A stretch of 58,847 nt of DNA from a virus (Duplodnaviria > Caudoviricetes), in the IMG/VR virus record IMGVR_UViG_3300014613_000029, positions 1 to 58,847 of that record. One strand, given 5' to 3'. The notes beneath the pieces are model-generated. The model worked only from the letters and a program-made list of their open reading frames with translations, made no database searches and was not told the origin of the DNA. Within the stretch, counting starts at the first letter, position 1; the number at the start of each line of letters is the position of its first letter. Shown here piece after piece: positions 26,433-36,228 of this stretch. The translations under genes and the position numbers were made by a program.

Positions 26433-27131
26433 ATGACCTGGCAAAAAAAGATTAAAAAAGCGATCTTCACCTTAGCAATCGAAGGTTATGAAGGCGAAGT
26501 GACTGAAATAACCTTCCCTTTATTAAAACGTTACGCAGACAAGTTAAGAGCGGAGTTCGTAGTGATTAACATAAGGAGATATCCAGATTGGCCAATAACT
26601 TACGAGAAGCTCCAGATTTACGACCTCGGCCGTGAGATGGAAAATGACTGGAATATCTACATTGATGCAGACGCCCTTATCCACCCTGATACCTTTGACA
26701 TAACAACCATCGTTCCGAAGGACACGGTACTTCACTTTGGCTGTGATTATGCAAGTACACGCTGGCGATTCGATCAATACTTCCTCCGTGATGGTCGTCA
26801 GATCGGCAGTGGCAATTGGCTCACTATGGCTTCTGACTGGTGCCTCGATCTTTGGCATCCTCTGGAGGATATGACTCCTTATGAGGCGATCTCAAACATC
26901 TTTCCTATCGTCGATGAGCTAAAGAGTGGAGTCTTCAAGCCCTCACACTTCATTGACGATTATATTCTCGGCAGAAATATTGCTCGATATGGCCTGAAGT
27001 TCTACTCTTTGAGAGAGCATGTAGAAAAGACAAAGAGACCAATGCAGCTCTGGCATCAATTCCTCCTTCCAAAGGAGGCAAAGGTCATCGAGATGCAGAA
27101 GATCTGCAAGGCATGGGGGGTGATGTCATGA
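26433..27131 (+). CDS. Glycosyltransferase-like protein (GT-A fold)
   Basis: YEKLQI...IYIDADALI (DxD); AAGGAG before ATG 26433. Confidence 0.7.
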   Translation: MTWQKKIKKAIFTLAIEGYEGEVTEITFPLLKRYADKLRAEFVVINIRRYPDWPITYEKLQIYDLGREMENDWNIYIDADALIHPDTFDITTIVPKDTVLHFGCDYASTRWRFDQYFLRDGRQIGSGNWLTMASDWCLDLWHPLEDMTPYEAISNIFPIVDELKSGVFKPSHFIDDYILGRNIARYGLKFYSLREHVEKTKRPMQLWHQFLLPKEAKVIEMQKICKAWGVMS

Positions 27132-28033
27132 GAGCACTAGTAGACATGGACACCATCCAGATCGAAATCTGCACGGCTTGTATTAATAGCTGTTCAAATT
27201 GTACCAGGTTTTGTGGGCACAAACCTGCTTGGTTCATCTCAGAAGATGCCTTTAAAAGGGCAGTTGACTCTATGGTGCAGTATCCCAAAATGACGGGTAT
27301 TATGGGAGGCGAACCTCTCCTTCACCCACAGTTTGAGGAGCTTTGTCAATATGCTCTGAGCAAGATTCCAAAGCAACAGCTTGGCCTGTGGACTTCTCTA
27401 CCTGCAGGGTACGAACACTATCGTGAAACGATCTGCGAAACCTTCGAACACATCTTTGTAAATGATCACACTCGAGATGACATTTACCACCATCCTTTCC
27501 TTGTAGCAATTGATGAGGTCTTTCAGGAAGATGAAAGAAAAGAGATGTGGTATTCCATCGATAGATGCTGGGCTCAAATGTCATGGAGCGCCTCCATCAA
27601 CCCTCACGGGGCTTTCTTCTGTGAGATAGCAGCTTCGCTAAGCATGTTACTCGACATGAACGGCGGCTGGCCAGTCGAACCAGGATGGTGGTGGAGAACT
27701 ACTAAAGATTTCAGAGAACAGATCGAGCAATACTGCCCGATGTGTGGAGGCTCGATTCCTTTGAAGCGCCGGGTGTCAACAGAAGGAGTTGATGACATCT
27801 CCCCACGAAACCTCGAGAGGATAAAGAACTTTTCTAAGAAGGCTGCTTCTGGCAACTGCAAAGTTCATGATCTCAAACTGGTTCATCCAGAAGAACAAGA
27901 GCAACTGGCTGCTTACAAAGATCAATGGTGGAGGAATAGAGTGTCTCAACGCTATGGGATCTATCAGAGTCTGAACGAGCAACGCTTCTTAACTCCTTAC
28001 CTATTAAAGAACTGGGGGAGGGACGAGAGATGA
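27128..28033 (+). CDS. Radical SAM enzyme with SPASM/Twitch-like C-terminus
   Basis: CINSCSNC, GGEPLLHP, later CW, FCE and CPMCG motifs. Confidence 0.9.
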   Translation: MRALVDMDTIQIEICTACINSCSNCTRFCGHKPAWFISEDAFKRAVDSMVQYPKMTGIMGGEPLLHPQFEELCQYALSKIPKQQLGLWTSLPAGYEHYRETICETFEHIFVNDHTRDDIYHHPFLVAIDEVFQEDERKEMWYSIDRCWAQMSWSASINPHGAFFCEIAASLSMLLDMNGGWPVEPGWWWRTTKDFREQIEQYCPMCGGSIPLKRRVSTEGVDDISPRNLERIKNFSKKAASGNCKVHDLKLVHPEEQEQLAAYKDQWWRNRVSQRYGIYQSLNEQRFLTPYLLKNWGRDER

Positions 28034-28854
28034 ATGTATTGATTACAGGCGCAAATGGCTTTCTTGGTACACATCTCAGTCGAAAGTTCTCTGTCCGTGA
28101 TCATAAGGTGATTCGACCAAATAGCTTTAATGAGGGGATTGAAGAGCCTATCAGCTTTGTTTTACACTTTGCTTCTCATCCCTCGCCGAAAGATCACCTG
28201 CAAATGCCAATAGAAACTTTAATGGCAGATTCTCAGGGCACTCTGGCGATGCTGGAAATGGCCAAAGAAAAGGAAGCTGTTTTTCTTCTTGCTTCGACTG
28301 CTCACATCGATCAGTCAGGAGATCCTACTGCTGAAAGATCTGTTTACAAAGAAGGAAAGAGATTTGCAGAAGCCTTGACAGCTGCTTACCAAAGAAAGTA
28401 TCAAGTAATAACTAGGATAATTCGAATGTTTAACTCCTACGGGCCAGGGATGAAGCTTGATGATGGAAGGGCCGTCCCGGCGTTTATTATGAAGGCTCTT
28501 CGAGACGAACCAATAACCTTAATAGGAGGAGGACAGTTAATAAACCTTTGCTACGTTGATGATATGGTAGAGGCTATTCTTAAGGTACTTTTTTCTAACA
28601 GCCCGGCTCCTGTAGAGGTAGGTGGTGATGAGCAGGTTACTGTTCATCGACTTGCTGAGCTAATCATTGAGCTGACAAAGAGTAGGAGTAGGTTGGAGAT
28701 CATTCCAGAGTATGTTCAAAGTGAAAGGCCTCCTAATAATTCTAAGATATATGAGTTAGGATGGAAGCCTCAGGTTAGTCTTATGGCAGGCCTGGAAAGA
28801 ATGATTGAAGACTTCAAGCAGAGATTAGGGAGAGGAGAGAGAAGAGATGAATAA
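28030..28854 (+). CDS. NAD-dependent nucleotide-sugar epimerase/dehydratase (UDP-glucuronate decarboxylase-like)
   Basis: GANGFLG, YKEGK, RMFNSYGP, DDGR, CYVDD. Confidence 0.9.
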   Translation: MNVLITGANGFLGTHLSRKFSVRDHKVIRPNSFNEGIEEPISFVLHFASHPSPKDHLQMPIETLMADSQGTLAMLEMAKEKEAVFLLASTAHIDQSGDPTAERSVYKEGKRFAEALTAAYQRKYQVITRIIRMFNSYGPGMKLDDGRAVPAFIMKALRDEPITLIGGGQLINLCYVDDMVEAILKVLFSNSPAPVEVGGDEQVTVHRLAELIIELTKSRSRLEIIPEYVQSERPPNNSKIYELGWKPQVSLMAGLERMIEDFKQRLGRGERRDE

Positions 28855-29194
28855 TCCAAGTGCAGTAAAAGAAGCTTTCAGTAAGGTTGATAAAACTAGT
28901 AAGCTCATTGACATGAAACTTCCTCCTGAGCCTTGTTATAAAGAAGCTCAGGCAGAGAGGCCAGTGCCAATGCCCTCTCCGAAGGAGCGCTACCCTTACG
29001 GCTTACAACTTCGCTTTGAACAAGAGCAGGTCAGTAAAATGCCAAAGCTCAAAACCTTCAAGGTAGGTGACCAGATCACTCTGACCGGCAAGGGTGAAGT
29101 CATTGAGCTTAGAATGCGTGAAGAGCAAGGAGGTAAGGAGAGCTGGACTGTTGAAGTTCAGATCAAGAAGGTTGATGTAGTGAAGGGAGGATGA
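28847..29194 (+). CDS. Capsid staple-like protein
   Basis: YPYGLQL...KVGD...EVQIKKV pattern recalled from podoviral staple/cement proteins. Confidence 0.55.
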   Translation: MNNPSAVKEAFSKVDKTSKLIDMKLPPEPCYKEAQAERPVPMPSPKERYPYGLQLRFEQEQVSKMPKLKTFKVGDQITLTGKGEVIELRMREEQGGKESWTVEVQIKKVDVVKGG

Positions 29195-29197
29195 GAG

Positions 29198-29380
29198 ATG
29201 CCGTTGGCGAAAGGTACTTCACAAAAAACAGTGAGTAAGAACATCGGAGAGTTAATGCATTCCTACCGCAAAGGTGGAGACTTTGCAAAAGGTAAGTCTC
29301 CTCAGAAGGCCCGTCAAATGGCCATCGCAGCCGCCTTTGGTATAAAGGAAGCGCAGATGAAGAAGAGAGGAAAGAAGTAA
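29198..29380 (+). CDS. Small basic phage protein (MPLxKGxS...NIxEL...QxxAAA family)
   Basis: Recurrent motif in phage head modules; GGAGG RBS. Confidence 0.7.
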   Translation: MPLAKGTSQKTVSKNIGELMHSYRKGGDFAKGKSPQKARQMAIAAAFGIKEAQMKKRGKK

Positions 29381-29389
29381 GAGGAAAGA

Positions 29390-29782
29390 ATGAAAAAAAT
29401 AATGTTTACCTTATTGGTGATTCTTTTGGGCTGTGGGTTGGCATTTGGTGAACCAAAAACTATTCCAGCTCCTTTTGAAAAAGCAAAAGAACTGGCATTG
29501 AAAACAACCCCAAATGAATCAGGGAACTATTTTCTTGAGTTCGAGGGAACAGTTAATGGGGAAAATTATTATTTTTTGCTGGCTTTTGTCCCTCAATGGG
29601 GAGATCAGAAAGGAGTTATTGGTATTAGTGGTTCAGGGTGTATTTTTGAATATACAGAATCTACTCAGAAGTTTACAATCTACATTTTTAGAAGGGGTCA
29701 AACTTTTGCTGCTGATGAGAAGATAGTTATTAATGGGGCATTTGAAACTTTCAGGAAGCTTGTTTCTCTGGGATTGTTGTGA
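29390..29782 (+). CDS. Exported protein with Sec signal peptide
   Basis: MKKIMFTLLVILLGCGLAFG|E; T-rich codon usage differs from neighbours. Confidence 0.65.
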   Translation: MKKIMFTLLVILLGCGLAFGEPKTIPAPFEKAKELALKTTPNESGNYFLEFEGTVNGENYYFLLAFVPQWGDQKGVIGISGSGCIFEYTESTQKFTIYIFRRGQTFAADEKIVINGAFETFRKLVSLGLL

Positions 29783-29942
29783 AAGAACACGAAGACTATT
29801 TCTCAATGCTCGAAAAACATGCTTGCGTTCTCTGCTATTGGCTACCAGCTTGCAGGGGTAAGGAATTTGTGAAGTGCGATAATCTATTTAAGCCGATTGG
29901 ATTTGGCGAATATGTCAATCGAGTAGAAAAGGCCAAAAATGA

Positions 29943-30161
29943 ATGAGCAAGAACCTTCTGATAGGTCTAATTGCAGATACAAGGAACAGAGCATTAGAGA
30001 CGAGAGCTATTATAAAGCTTGTTGGAAAAGGGAAATATACGGAAGTCCAGGCCCTGTTCATGATAGATAGGGAAATGGTTAAAATCGATGAACTTTTGGC
30101 GGGATATGAGAAGGCATTAAGAGATTCCTCAATAAATGAAAGAGATATTTGGAATGAATAA
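29943..30161 (+). CDS. Hypothetical protein
   Basis: 72-aa ORF on the coding strand. Confidence 0.5.
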   Translation: MSKNLLIGLIADTRNRALETRAIIKLVGKGKYTEVQALFMIDREMVKIDELLAGYEKALRDSSINERDIWNE

Positions 30162-30176
30162 TCATAAGGAGGTTTT

Positions 30177-30635
30177 ATGATTGCACTTCTTGGTTCACTT
30201 CTTGGTTTAATTGGTGGCTTAATCCCAAATCTCCTCAAACTTTGGCAGGACAAAAAGGATAAAGAGCATGAGCGCAGCATTCTCAAAATGCAGATGGAGA
30301 TGATGAAAGCAGGGCACATCCAACGTCTTGAGGAGATCAATGCAACAGCTGATATTGAAGAAACAAAAGCTCTCTATCACTCAATGAAACCATCTGGGAT
30401 TCTCTGGATTGATGCTCTCACCGCTTCTGTACGACCAGTCATTACTTATTGCTTTTTTGCTCTTTATGCATACATCAAAATCCCCATTGTAGTGAGTAGT
30501 TATAAACTTGCTTCGACCGATTACATTACCTTTTACATTAGAGTCTGGTCTGATATGGATGTTGCGATCTTTTGTACTATCATCACCTTTTGGTTTGGGA
30601 ATCGAACTTTTCAAAAGATATTCATCAAAAAATGA
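30177..30635 (+). CDS. Holin-like membrane protein
   Basis: N-terminal TM, ASVRPVITY, IITFWFGNR; coupled to the lysozyme gene. Confidence 0.75.
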   Translation: MIALLGSLLGLIGGLIPNLLKLWQDKKDKEHERSILKMQMEMMKAGHIQRLEEINATADIEETKALYHSMKPSGILWIDALTASVRPVITYCFFALYAYIKIPIVVSSYKLASTDYITFYIRVWSDMDVAIFCTIITFWFGNRTFQKIFIKK

Positions 30636-31087
30636 AAGTTAGAGAAACTGGACAGGCAGGGTTATATCTGATTAAATTCTTTGAAGAGTTTCGACCAACC
30701 CCTTACATTTGCAGTGGGGGGTGGCGAACAATTGGGTATGGGCATGTAATCCTTAAACAAGAAACCTTTACTAAAATCATTAAGGAAGAAGCACTTGTTT
30801 TATTATCCCAAGATGTCAAGGTTGCTGAGAGAAGTGTTTGTTCTCTCATTAATGTTCCTCTTGAAGATTACCAGTATGATGCTCTTATCAGCTTCACCTT
30901 CAATCTTGGTGGTGGTGCGTTGCAGAGATCGACTCTCAGACAAAAACTAAATCGGGAAGAGCATTATACAGTTCCTGATGAGCTCTTGAGGTGGGTTTGG
31001 GCAGGAGGAAAAAGGTTGGCAGGGTTAGTTAAAAGAAGATTAGCTGAAGGAAATCTTTACTCAGGAGGTGAAGTATGCTTTGGATAG
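30632..31087 (+). CDS. Endolysin, GH24 lysozyme
   Basis: FE...Y.C..G..TIGYGH, QYDALISFTFNLG, STL, GLVKRRLAE; ATG 30632. Confidence 0.92.
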   Translation: MKVRETGQAGLYLIKFFEEFRPTPYICSGGWRTIGYGHVILKQETFTKIIKEEALVLLSQDVKVAERSVCSLINVPLEDYQYDALISFTFNLGGGALQRSTLRQKLNREEHYTVPDELLRWVWAGGKRLAGLVKRRLAEGNLYSGGEVCFG

Positions 31088-31338
31088 TTCTTTTCATCAT
31101 CTTAAATGGAGTTGATTTTTGGTTGACAAGAAGGATACTCAAAGCCGGTGGGAGAGAGTTGAATCCTATCATCAGGAAGCTCGGCCTCTGGCAGGTAAAG
31201 GTTGGTGGAATTATCGTTGTCCTCCTCTGGTGGTTGATAACAGGAATTGAATTCCCAATTCATCTTCTTAATTTGAGTCTCCTTGCAGTCTGTATTTGGA
31301 ATCTATTTCAATATTTCACCCAAAAGAAGGGAGGATAA
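31075..31338 (+). CDS. DUF5658-like membrane protein
   Basis: LNGVDFWLT...GGRELNP; hydrophobic helices. Confidence 0.65.
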   Translation: MLWIVLFIILNGVDFWLTRRILKAGGRELNPIIRKLGLWQVKVGGIIVVLLWWLITGIEFPIHLLNLSLLAVCIWNLFQYFTQKKGG

Positions 31339-31339
31339 C

Positions 31340-31484
31340 AATGGACTGCCCTAAGTGTGGAGGGACGATGATTTCTTTATATGATGGTAGGCTTAAGTGT
31401 ATGGAGTGTGGATACCTTATGCCTAAACCTAAGAAAAGTGTTAGAGGTCAGGCTGTGAGTAAGGCCTTTGGAAAGGAGAAATGA
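31340..31484 (+). CDS. Small Zn-ribbon protein
   Basis: MDCPKCGG...CMECG; GGAGG RBS. Confidence 0.55.
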
Positions 31485-31485
31485 G

Positions 31486-31815
31486 ATGGGCCATAGTATA
31501 ACAGTTCCTGTAAATAGTACTTCAAGACAGAGCGCGAATATTACTGGTAGTTTTACGAGCCGTACTACAAGAGAGGTGCAGGTTATTATAGCAAACTCGG
31601 CCAATACCGTGACCTTTACGTTTGATATCTACGACTCAAATAGCTACCCAAGGTATAGTATCTCAGGGCTTGCTAAGAATGCTAACCACTTGATTCTTGT
31701 TGAGAGAGTAGTTCGGCCAAACTGGACCTATGGAATTACGGCAAATGCTAACTGCGCAGCTAATGTAGCCGTTACGATAAACCCTGAGTATTATCCTGCT
31801 AGTGAGGTAAGGTAA
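31486..31815 (+). CDS. Putative virion beta-sandwich protein
   Basis: Asn/Thr/Ala-rich; AAGGAG RBS. Confidence 0.55.
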   Translation: MGHSITVPVNSTSRQSANITGSFTSRTTREVQVIIANSANTVTFTFDIYDSNSYPRYSISGLAKNANHLILVERVVRPNWTYGITANANCAANVAVTINPEYYPASEVR

Positions 31816-33191
31816 TGAGAATTAGGAGAGGGTTTGATCTAGATCCTTCTTGTAAGCTCTACCTTCCATTCTACAAGTATGGAGCGGAGCAGTCAAAGAT
31901 TTGGGATATGTCGGGCAACAACAACCACGGGACTATTAGTGGGGCCATTCCAAGCACATACCCCATGCTCATCCCTGTTGCCTCTGGTTCTGTTACTCAA
32001 GCCAACATGAAGATTAGTGCAGTTAATGGCACTTCCTTTGTGGACTTCTCTGCCGCAAATGTATTGACTGACTACCTCAACGATCTCCTTGTGATCAAGG
32101 ATTCCGCTGGCAGGGTGATTCAGGGTTATATCAAGGCGGCGGGGACTGGGGAGACGTTGGGGAGTGAAATTTTAGATAATCCAACTTTTGATGCTAATAC
32201 AACGGGTTGGAGCGGCGACAGTGCGACATTAGCTTCTGTTTCTGGGGGGCAAAGCAATAATTGTTTACAGAATACCCGTACTATTGGGGGAACGGTTTGG
32301 TCTGGAGCAATCGATACCACCGTAACAACCACTTCATCTGCATTATATAAATTAGTTGCTTATGCAAAACAGGGAACTGCAGGGGCCGTAAATTTAAATT
32401 TCAGTATATGCAAATCTGGTTGGACACTTAGTACTGGATTACTTTTTACTGCACCTGTTGAATGGACTTTAAAATCATTTTATGCCAACACACCATACAC
32501 TGCTGCATATTTCTGGTTGTTTTCAAAAGGTAGTGAAACTCAAACAACTTTATGGGATGAGGCTTCCCTCAAGCAAGTCCTCACCCCCTCACCAACAGGC
32601 GTTACCATTGTCAATCAAAAAGGAGGGTCAACGTTTAATTGGGAATCAAAGGCTCCACTTTTTAATTACAACGATTCTTCTAATTACACTTATACGATTT
32701 ATTCAGTCCCTGGTCAAACAGGATTAGGATGGTTTGGGGACGGTGTTGATGACAGATTCGTTCATACATCCTTAAATCTCGGCACAGTCCATACCCTTCA
32801 TTATTGGCTTCTGTATCGAGGGCTTTCTGGAGTCATTCATGGCGGGGCAGCAAACTATCATGGATTAAGATTGACCCCGACAGCTTGCGGTTACAACGTG
32901 GGCACGACAGAAGTCACCGTAACCCATTCGGCAGCATACGGGCAACCTGTTTTGTTTTCGATTGATCGGAATGGGACATCGGTAGATTTCTATCAAAATG
33001 GAGTGAAGATAGGAGCAACCCAAACTCTTCTCGCAAACAACGATTTAACAGTAACAGACTTCCTCAGATATTCAGATGGAACGAGTTATTGGAATGGATT
33101 TCTCTTTGATGCTGTTACTTTCAATATTAACAAAGGGGCGCAGGAGATTAGGAATTATTATGAACTAACAAGATATATTTACGGAGTGTGA
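31815..33191 (+). CDS. LamG/concanavalin-like tail fibre protein with internal carbohydrate-binding module
   Basis: WDMSGNNNHGTISGA, FGDGVDD, FYQNGV; CBM-like EILDNPTFDANTTGW...WDEASLKQV insertion. Confidence 0.7.
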   Translation: MRIRRGFDLDPSCKLYLPFYKYGAEQSKIWDMSGNNNHGTISGAIPSTYPMLIPVASGSVTQANMKISAVNGTSFVDFSAANVLTDYLNDLLVIKDSAGRVIQGYIKAAGTGETLGSEILDNPTFDANTTGWSGDSATLASVSGGQSNNCLQNTRTIGGTVWSGAIDTTVTTTSSALYKLVAYAKQGTAGAVNLNFSICKSGWTLSTGLLFTAPVEWTLKSFYANTPYTAAYFWLFSKGSETQTTLWDEASLKQVLTPSPTGVTIVNQKGGSTFNWESKAPLFNYNDSSNYTYTIYSVPGQTGLGWFGDGVDDRFVHTSLNLGTVHTLHYWLLYRGLSGVIHGGAANYHGLRLTPTACGYNVGTTEVTVTHSAAYGQPVLFSIDRNGTSVDFYQNGVKIGATQTLLANNDLTVTDFLRYSDGTSYWNGFLFDAVTFNINKGAQEIRNYYELTRYIYGV

Positions 33192-33451
33192 AAATGTCGT
33201 ACGAAAAAGCAAATATTCAAATTACAATTAAGCTTGATGGAGAAGGATTGATTCCAGATTCCTTTAAAAAGGGTTACGATCTTCTTATTGAATCAGTTAA
33301 AGTTTTAAAGGATGGTTTTGTATCTACTCGCTTGGATATGGAGGAAATCTCCAAAGAAAATATTGTGGATGAGACATCTATAATTGCAAAGAGGCATACT
33401 TGCAACCATGATGTGAGTCCGTCAACCCCTTGCGTGGAGGAGGAAATCTGA
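33188..33451 (+). CDS. Hypothetical protein
   Basis: Coupled to both neighbours. Confidence 0.55.
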   Translation: MKMSYEKANIQITIKLDGEGLIPDSFKKGYDLLIESVKVLKDGFVSTRLDMEEISKENIVDETSIIAKRHTCNHDVSPSTPCVEEEI

Positions 33452-34383
33452 TGGCTACACTTTATACAGAGCTGATAAGACAAATAATGCTTAACCTCCA
33501 ACCAAGGAGCGATGGTGTCACTCGCTTAGCGGTTGAGAAAGCAATAAGTGATGCTCAGCGAATTATTGCCTCGGTTAAAGATTTCGACGAGTTAATGACT
33601 CTCGATACAACCAATGCTTTCACCGCAGTAATCTCCTCAGGAGAGATCTCAGTTGTTTTTGCAGCGACTGGGGATACAATCACCAGAGCAACCGGCTCCT
33701 TCGTAACTGATGGCTTTACAGCAGGAACTTCAATAACGACAGATGATGATGATAATCCTGGGCCGCTTACCATCCTGACTGTTACTGCCTTGGTAATCAC
33801 CGTACATGATGACTTGACAGACTCTACCAACACTGCTTGTACTATAACTCATAACAAGAGACTATATCACATCGAAGATGATCTAGATCTAACAAGACCT
33901 AAGGATATCTACTCAATCAGGCTGATGGATAGTGCTAATAGTAGAAAGCTCACCTACGTACCACCAAGAGAGCTTGACAGTAAGATTCCTTACACAGATC
34001 TAGTAGGAACTGGAAGGTCGTCTTGGTACACAGTGAGAGGACGCTATATCGAATTGTTTAGAATACCTGATGATGTCTATCCTCTTTACATCTCGTATAG
34101 CCAGTGGCCTGCTGCTGCTGACTTTACAGACTCAAGTGATGCAACTCCTTTCGAACGAATAGATCATGTCATAGTCTCGCTTGCTACTGATATGGCCTTA
34201 GCTAGTCTTGAAGGAGGCAGTGGAGATTGGTTTCAGAGAGCAAAGCAACTACTTGGTACAGCTGTAAGTGAGGAAGTAACGAGACCAGATCAATTACTTG
34301 TTGCTAGGCCTTTTCAATCTTCTAAGGTTGGACCGATCGGAGAGTATTGGAACAACCCATGGGTGAAGAGACAACCGGAATAG
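33451..34383 (+). CDS. Head-tail adaptor protein with an inserted Thr-rich domain
   Basis: TLYTELIRQI...AISDAQR...IELFRIPD..Y.L.I.Y adaptor pattern. Confidence 0.7.
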   Translation: MATLYTELIRQIMLNLQPRSDGVTRLAVEKAISDAQRIIASVKDFDELMTLDTTNAFTAVISSGEISVVFAATGDTITRATGSFVTDGFTAGTSITTDDDDNPGPLTILTVTALVITVHDDLTDSTNTACTITHNKRLYHIEDDLDLTRPKDIYSIRLMDSANSRKLTYVPPRELDSKIPYTDLVGTGRSSWYTVRGRYIELFRIPDDVYPLYISYSQWPAAADFTDSSDATPFERIDHVIVSLATDMALASLEGGSGDWFQRAKQLLGTAVSEEVTRPDQLLVARPFQSSKVGPIGEYWNNPWVKRQPE

Positions 34384-34389
34384 GAGGCT

Positions 34390-34635
34390 ATGATGCCAGA
34401 GTGGTTATTAAGTTTAAGTGTTGGAGGTGTGATTATGGGTTTGCTAGGAATACTTTACAAAAATATGTTAACAAAATCCGAACACGCCGATGTTTGTAAG
34501 GCTAACACCAAGGCAGTCAAAGAAGAAATAAGTAGTACAATTAAGGAAGAGTTGAAGGACATGAAAGAATACTTTGATGTTAAGATTGAAAGAGATATAC
34601 TCAGAGAGCTAAGAAGATTAAATGGGAGGATCTAA
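34390..34635 (+). CDS. Small membrane protein
   Basis: N-terminal TM plus coiled coil. Confidence 0.6.
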   Translation: MMPEWLLSLSVGGVIMGLLGILYKNMLTKSEHADVCKANTKAVKEEISSTIKEELKDMKEYFDVKIERDILRELRRLNGRI

Positions 34636-35273
34636 TGCCGAGCAGTCTTTCAACATTAGAAACTTTGGTTAGGAAGGGTTTAGGCGGTAGGGATGACTCC
34701 GCTGCTGATACGGTAATAGGCGCTTGTATTAACTACGCGATCTTACTTGCAGCTATACTCTTTGAACCTCCTGAACTGCTAATCGCTAATAATGTAACAG
34801 TGAGTGCAAACTCTAACAATGCTAATATAAGCACTTATTTAGCAGACCAGCTCGATGTCAAAGGAGTTTGGAATAACACAGGCAGCTTTAAAATGTGGTA
34901 CATTCCCTGGGAGGTCTGGGAAACCATCGTCCCGGCAAATGTAGGAGCGGTTAAATACTTCACTACCTTCGGTGATAAGATTTATGTTAAGGATACACCA
35001 TCTGCTAATACAGTTCTGGCCGTTAGTCGTTCTACCTATCCTTCGGATGTGTCTAATGGAAATGATACTATTGGTTTTGATCATCATGACAGCTTTATCG
35101 TTTCGACTGCAATAACGATTGCAAGAGCGTTCTTTGAGAAAGCTGACGTTGGGAAGGCTATGGATACGATAACCCTACCTTTAACCTTAAGCGCAAAAGC
35201 AAGGCAGATAATTGAGGGAAGGAAGAGTGGATTGAACGAAGCATTAATGCAAGGAGTAGGAAGCCAGCCATGA
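34635..35273 (+). CDS. Second adaptor-like protein
   Basis: LSTLETLVR...CINYA...IYVKDTP; similar layout to the 33451 protein. Confidence 0.6.
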   Translation: MPSSLSTLETLVRKGLGGRDDSAADTVIGACINYAILLAAILFEPPELLIANNVTVSANSNNANISTYLADQLDVKGVWNNTGSFKMWYIPWEVWETIVPANVGAVKYFTTFGDKIYVKDTPSANTVLAVSRSTYPSDVSNGNDTIGFDHHDSFIVSTAITIARAFFEKADVGKAMDTITLPLTLSAKARQIIEGRKSGLNEALMQGVGSQP

Positions 35274-35608
35274 TAGATGAGAAGGAAAAAGAAGAGATTA
35301 TAAACAAAGCAGTTGAGAGAGCTTTATTACTGTTACCCGACACAGTAGGTAACCTAATTGCAAATCATGCAGCCTTAAGCAAGTTGAATAGTAAGTTTTA
35401 CGCCGATCATCCTGAGTTTAAGGATAAGAAGGACATCGTAGCTTCAGTAGTTGAGATGATAGAAGGGAGGAATCCTCTCAGTAAGTACGAGGATATCTTG
35501 AAGGAAGCCGTTCCTGAAATTAAGAAAAGGATTGATACTTTACAGCATTTGGACATGGAGAAGGTTAAACCACCTAATCTGGATTTTAAAGGTCAGGGAG
35601 AGATATGA
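35270..35608 (+). CDS. Hypothetical protein
   Basis: Coupled ORF. Confidence 0.6.
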   Translation: MIDEKEKEEIINKAVERALLLLPDTVGNLIANHAALSKLNSKFYADHPEFKDKKDIVASVVEMIEGRNPLSKYEDILKEAVPEIKKRIDTLQHLDMEKVKPPNLDFKGQGEI

Positions 35609-36228
35609 GTTTAGACTTTGCACAAGATGGTAGCTTTGAACTTTTAATCGAGTCGTCTCAGCTGTCAAAAGGATTGAGGCCGAGCAAAAGAATGCCTCGT
35701 AATAGTAACTTTCTTACTACCTGCGAAGGTGCTGTAGGCCTGGATGGAGTTCTTCAGGCTATCGAGCAGTTAACTCGTCTTGACACTTCAGCTGTTAGCT
35801 CGGCCTTTCCCTTTCCTCAAATATTTGTCTTTACTAACATGATCATTGTGTGTTTCCAAACCGCTATCTATGAATGGGTGGCAGGAGCGCTAAGCGAAAA
35901 GCTTACAGGCCTAACAGCAGGAGGACCTTGGGAAGCAGTTGACTTCTTTGATTACATTTACCTTACAAATGGTAGGGCTTCAGTCGTTAGGAGTTCAGAG
36001 AGTAAAACTTATGCTACTTCAACCTTACCTCATGCGGCAGCTGCCTGTAATTTTAATGGACAGGTTGTAATAGGAGCTCCTGACGTTGATTGCGATGTTG
36101 TTACCTTGGTAAATCCTGTAGTAGGGTTGGGAGTAACTGTTACAGTTCATGGCACTCCTGTTGAAGGTTTAGTGTTAGATGCGCTTTTGCCCGTAACACT
36201 AACTATGGATGGAGATTATAGTGGGTGA
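35605..36228 (+). CDS. Tail nozzle / stabilisation protein, N-terminal part
   Basis: Beta-propeller-like repeats: WEAVDFFDYIYLTNG, ACNFNGQVVIG. Confidence 0.55.
   Translation: MSLDFAQDGSFELLIESSQLSKGLRPSKRMPRNSNFLTTCEGAVGLDGVLQAIEQLTRLDTSAVSSAFPFPQIFVFTNMIIVCFQTAIYEWVAGALSEKLTGLTAGGPWEAVDFFDYIYLTNGRASVVRSSESKTYATSTLPHAAAACNFNGQVVIGAPDVDCDVVTLVNPVVGLGVTVTVHGTPVEGLVLDALLPVTLTMDGDYSG

Noticed and set aside
30632-31087. Lysozyme with Cys in place of the catalytic-triad Asp as an inactive enzyme
   Set aside because: E-x8-C-x5-T variants are known in active GH24 endolysins.
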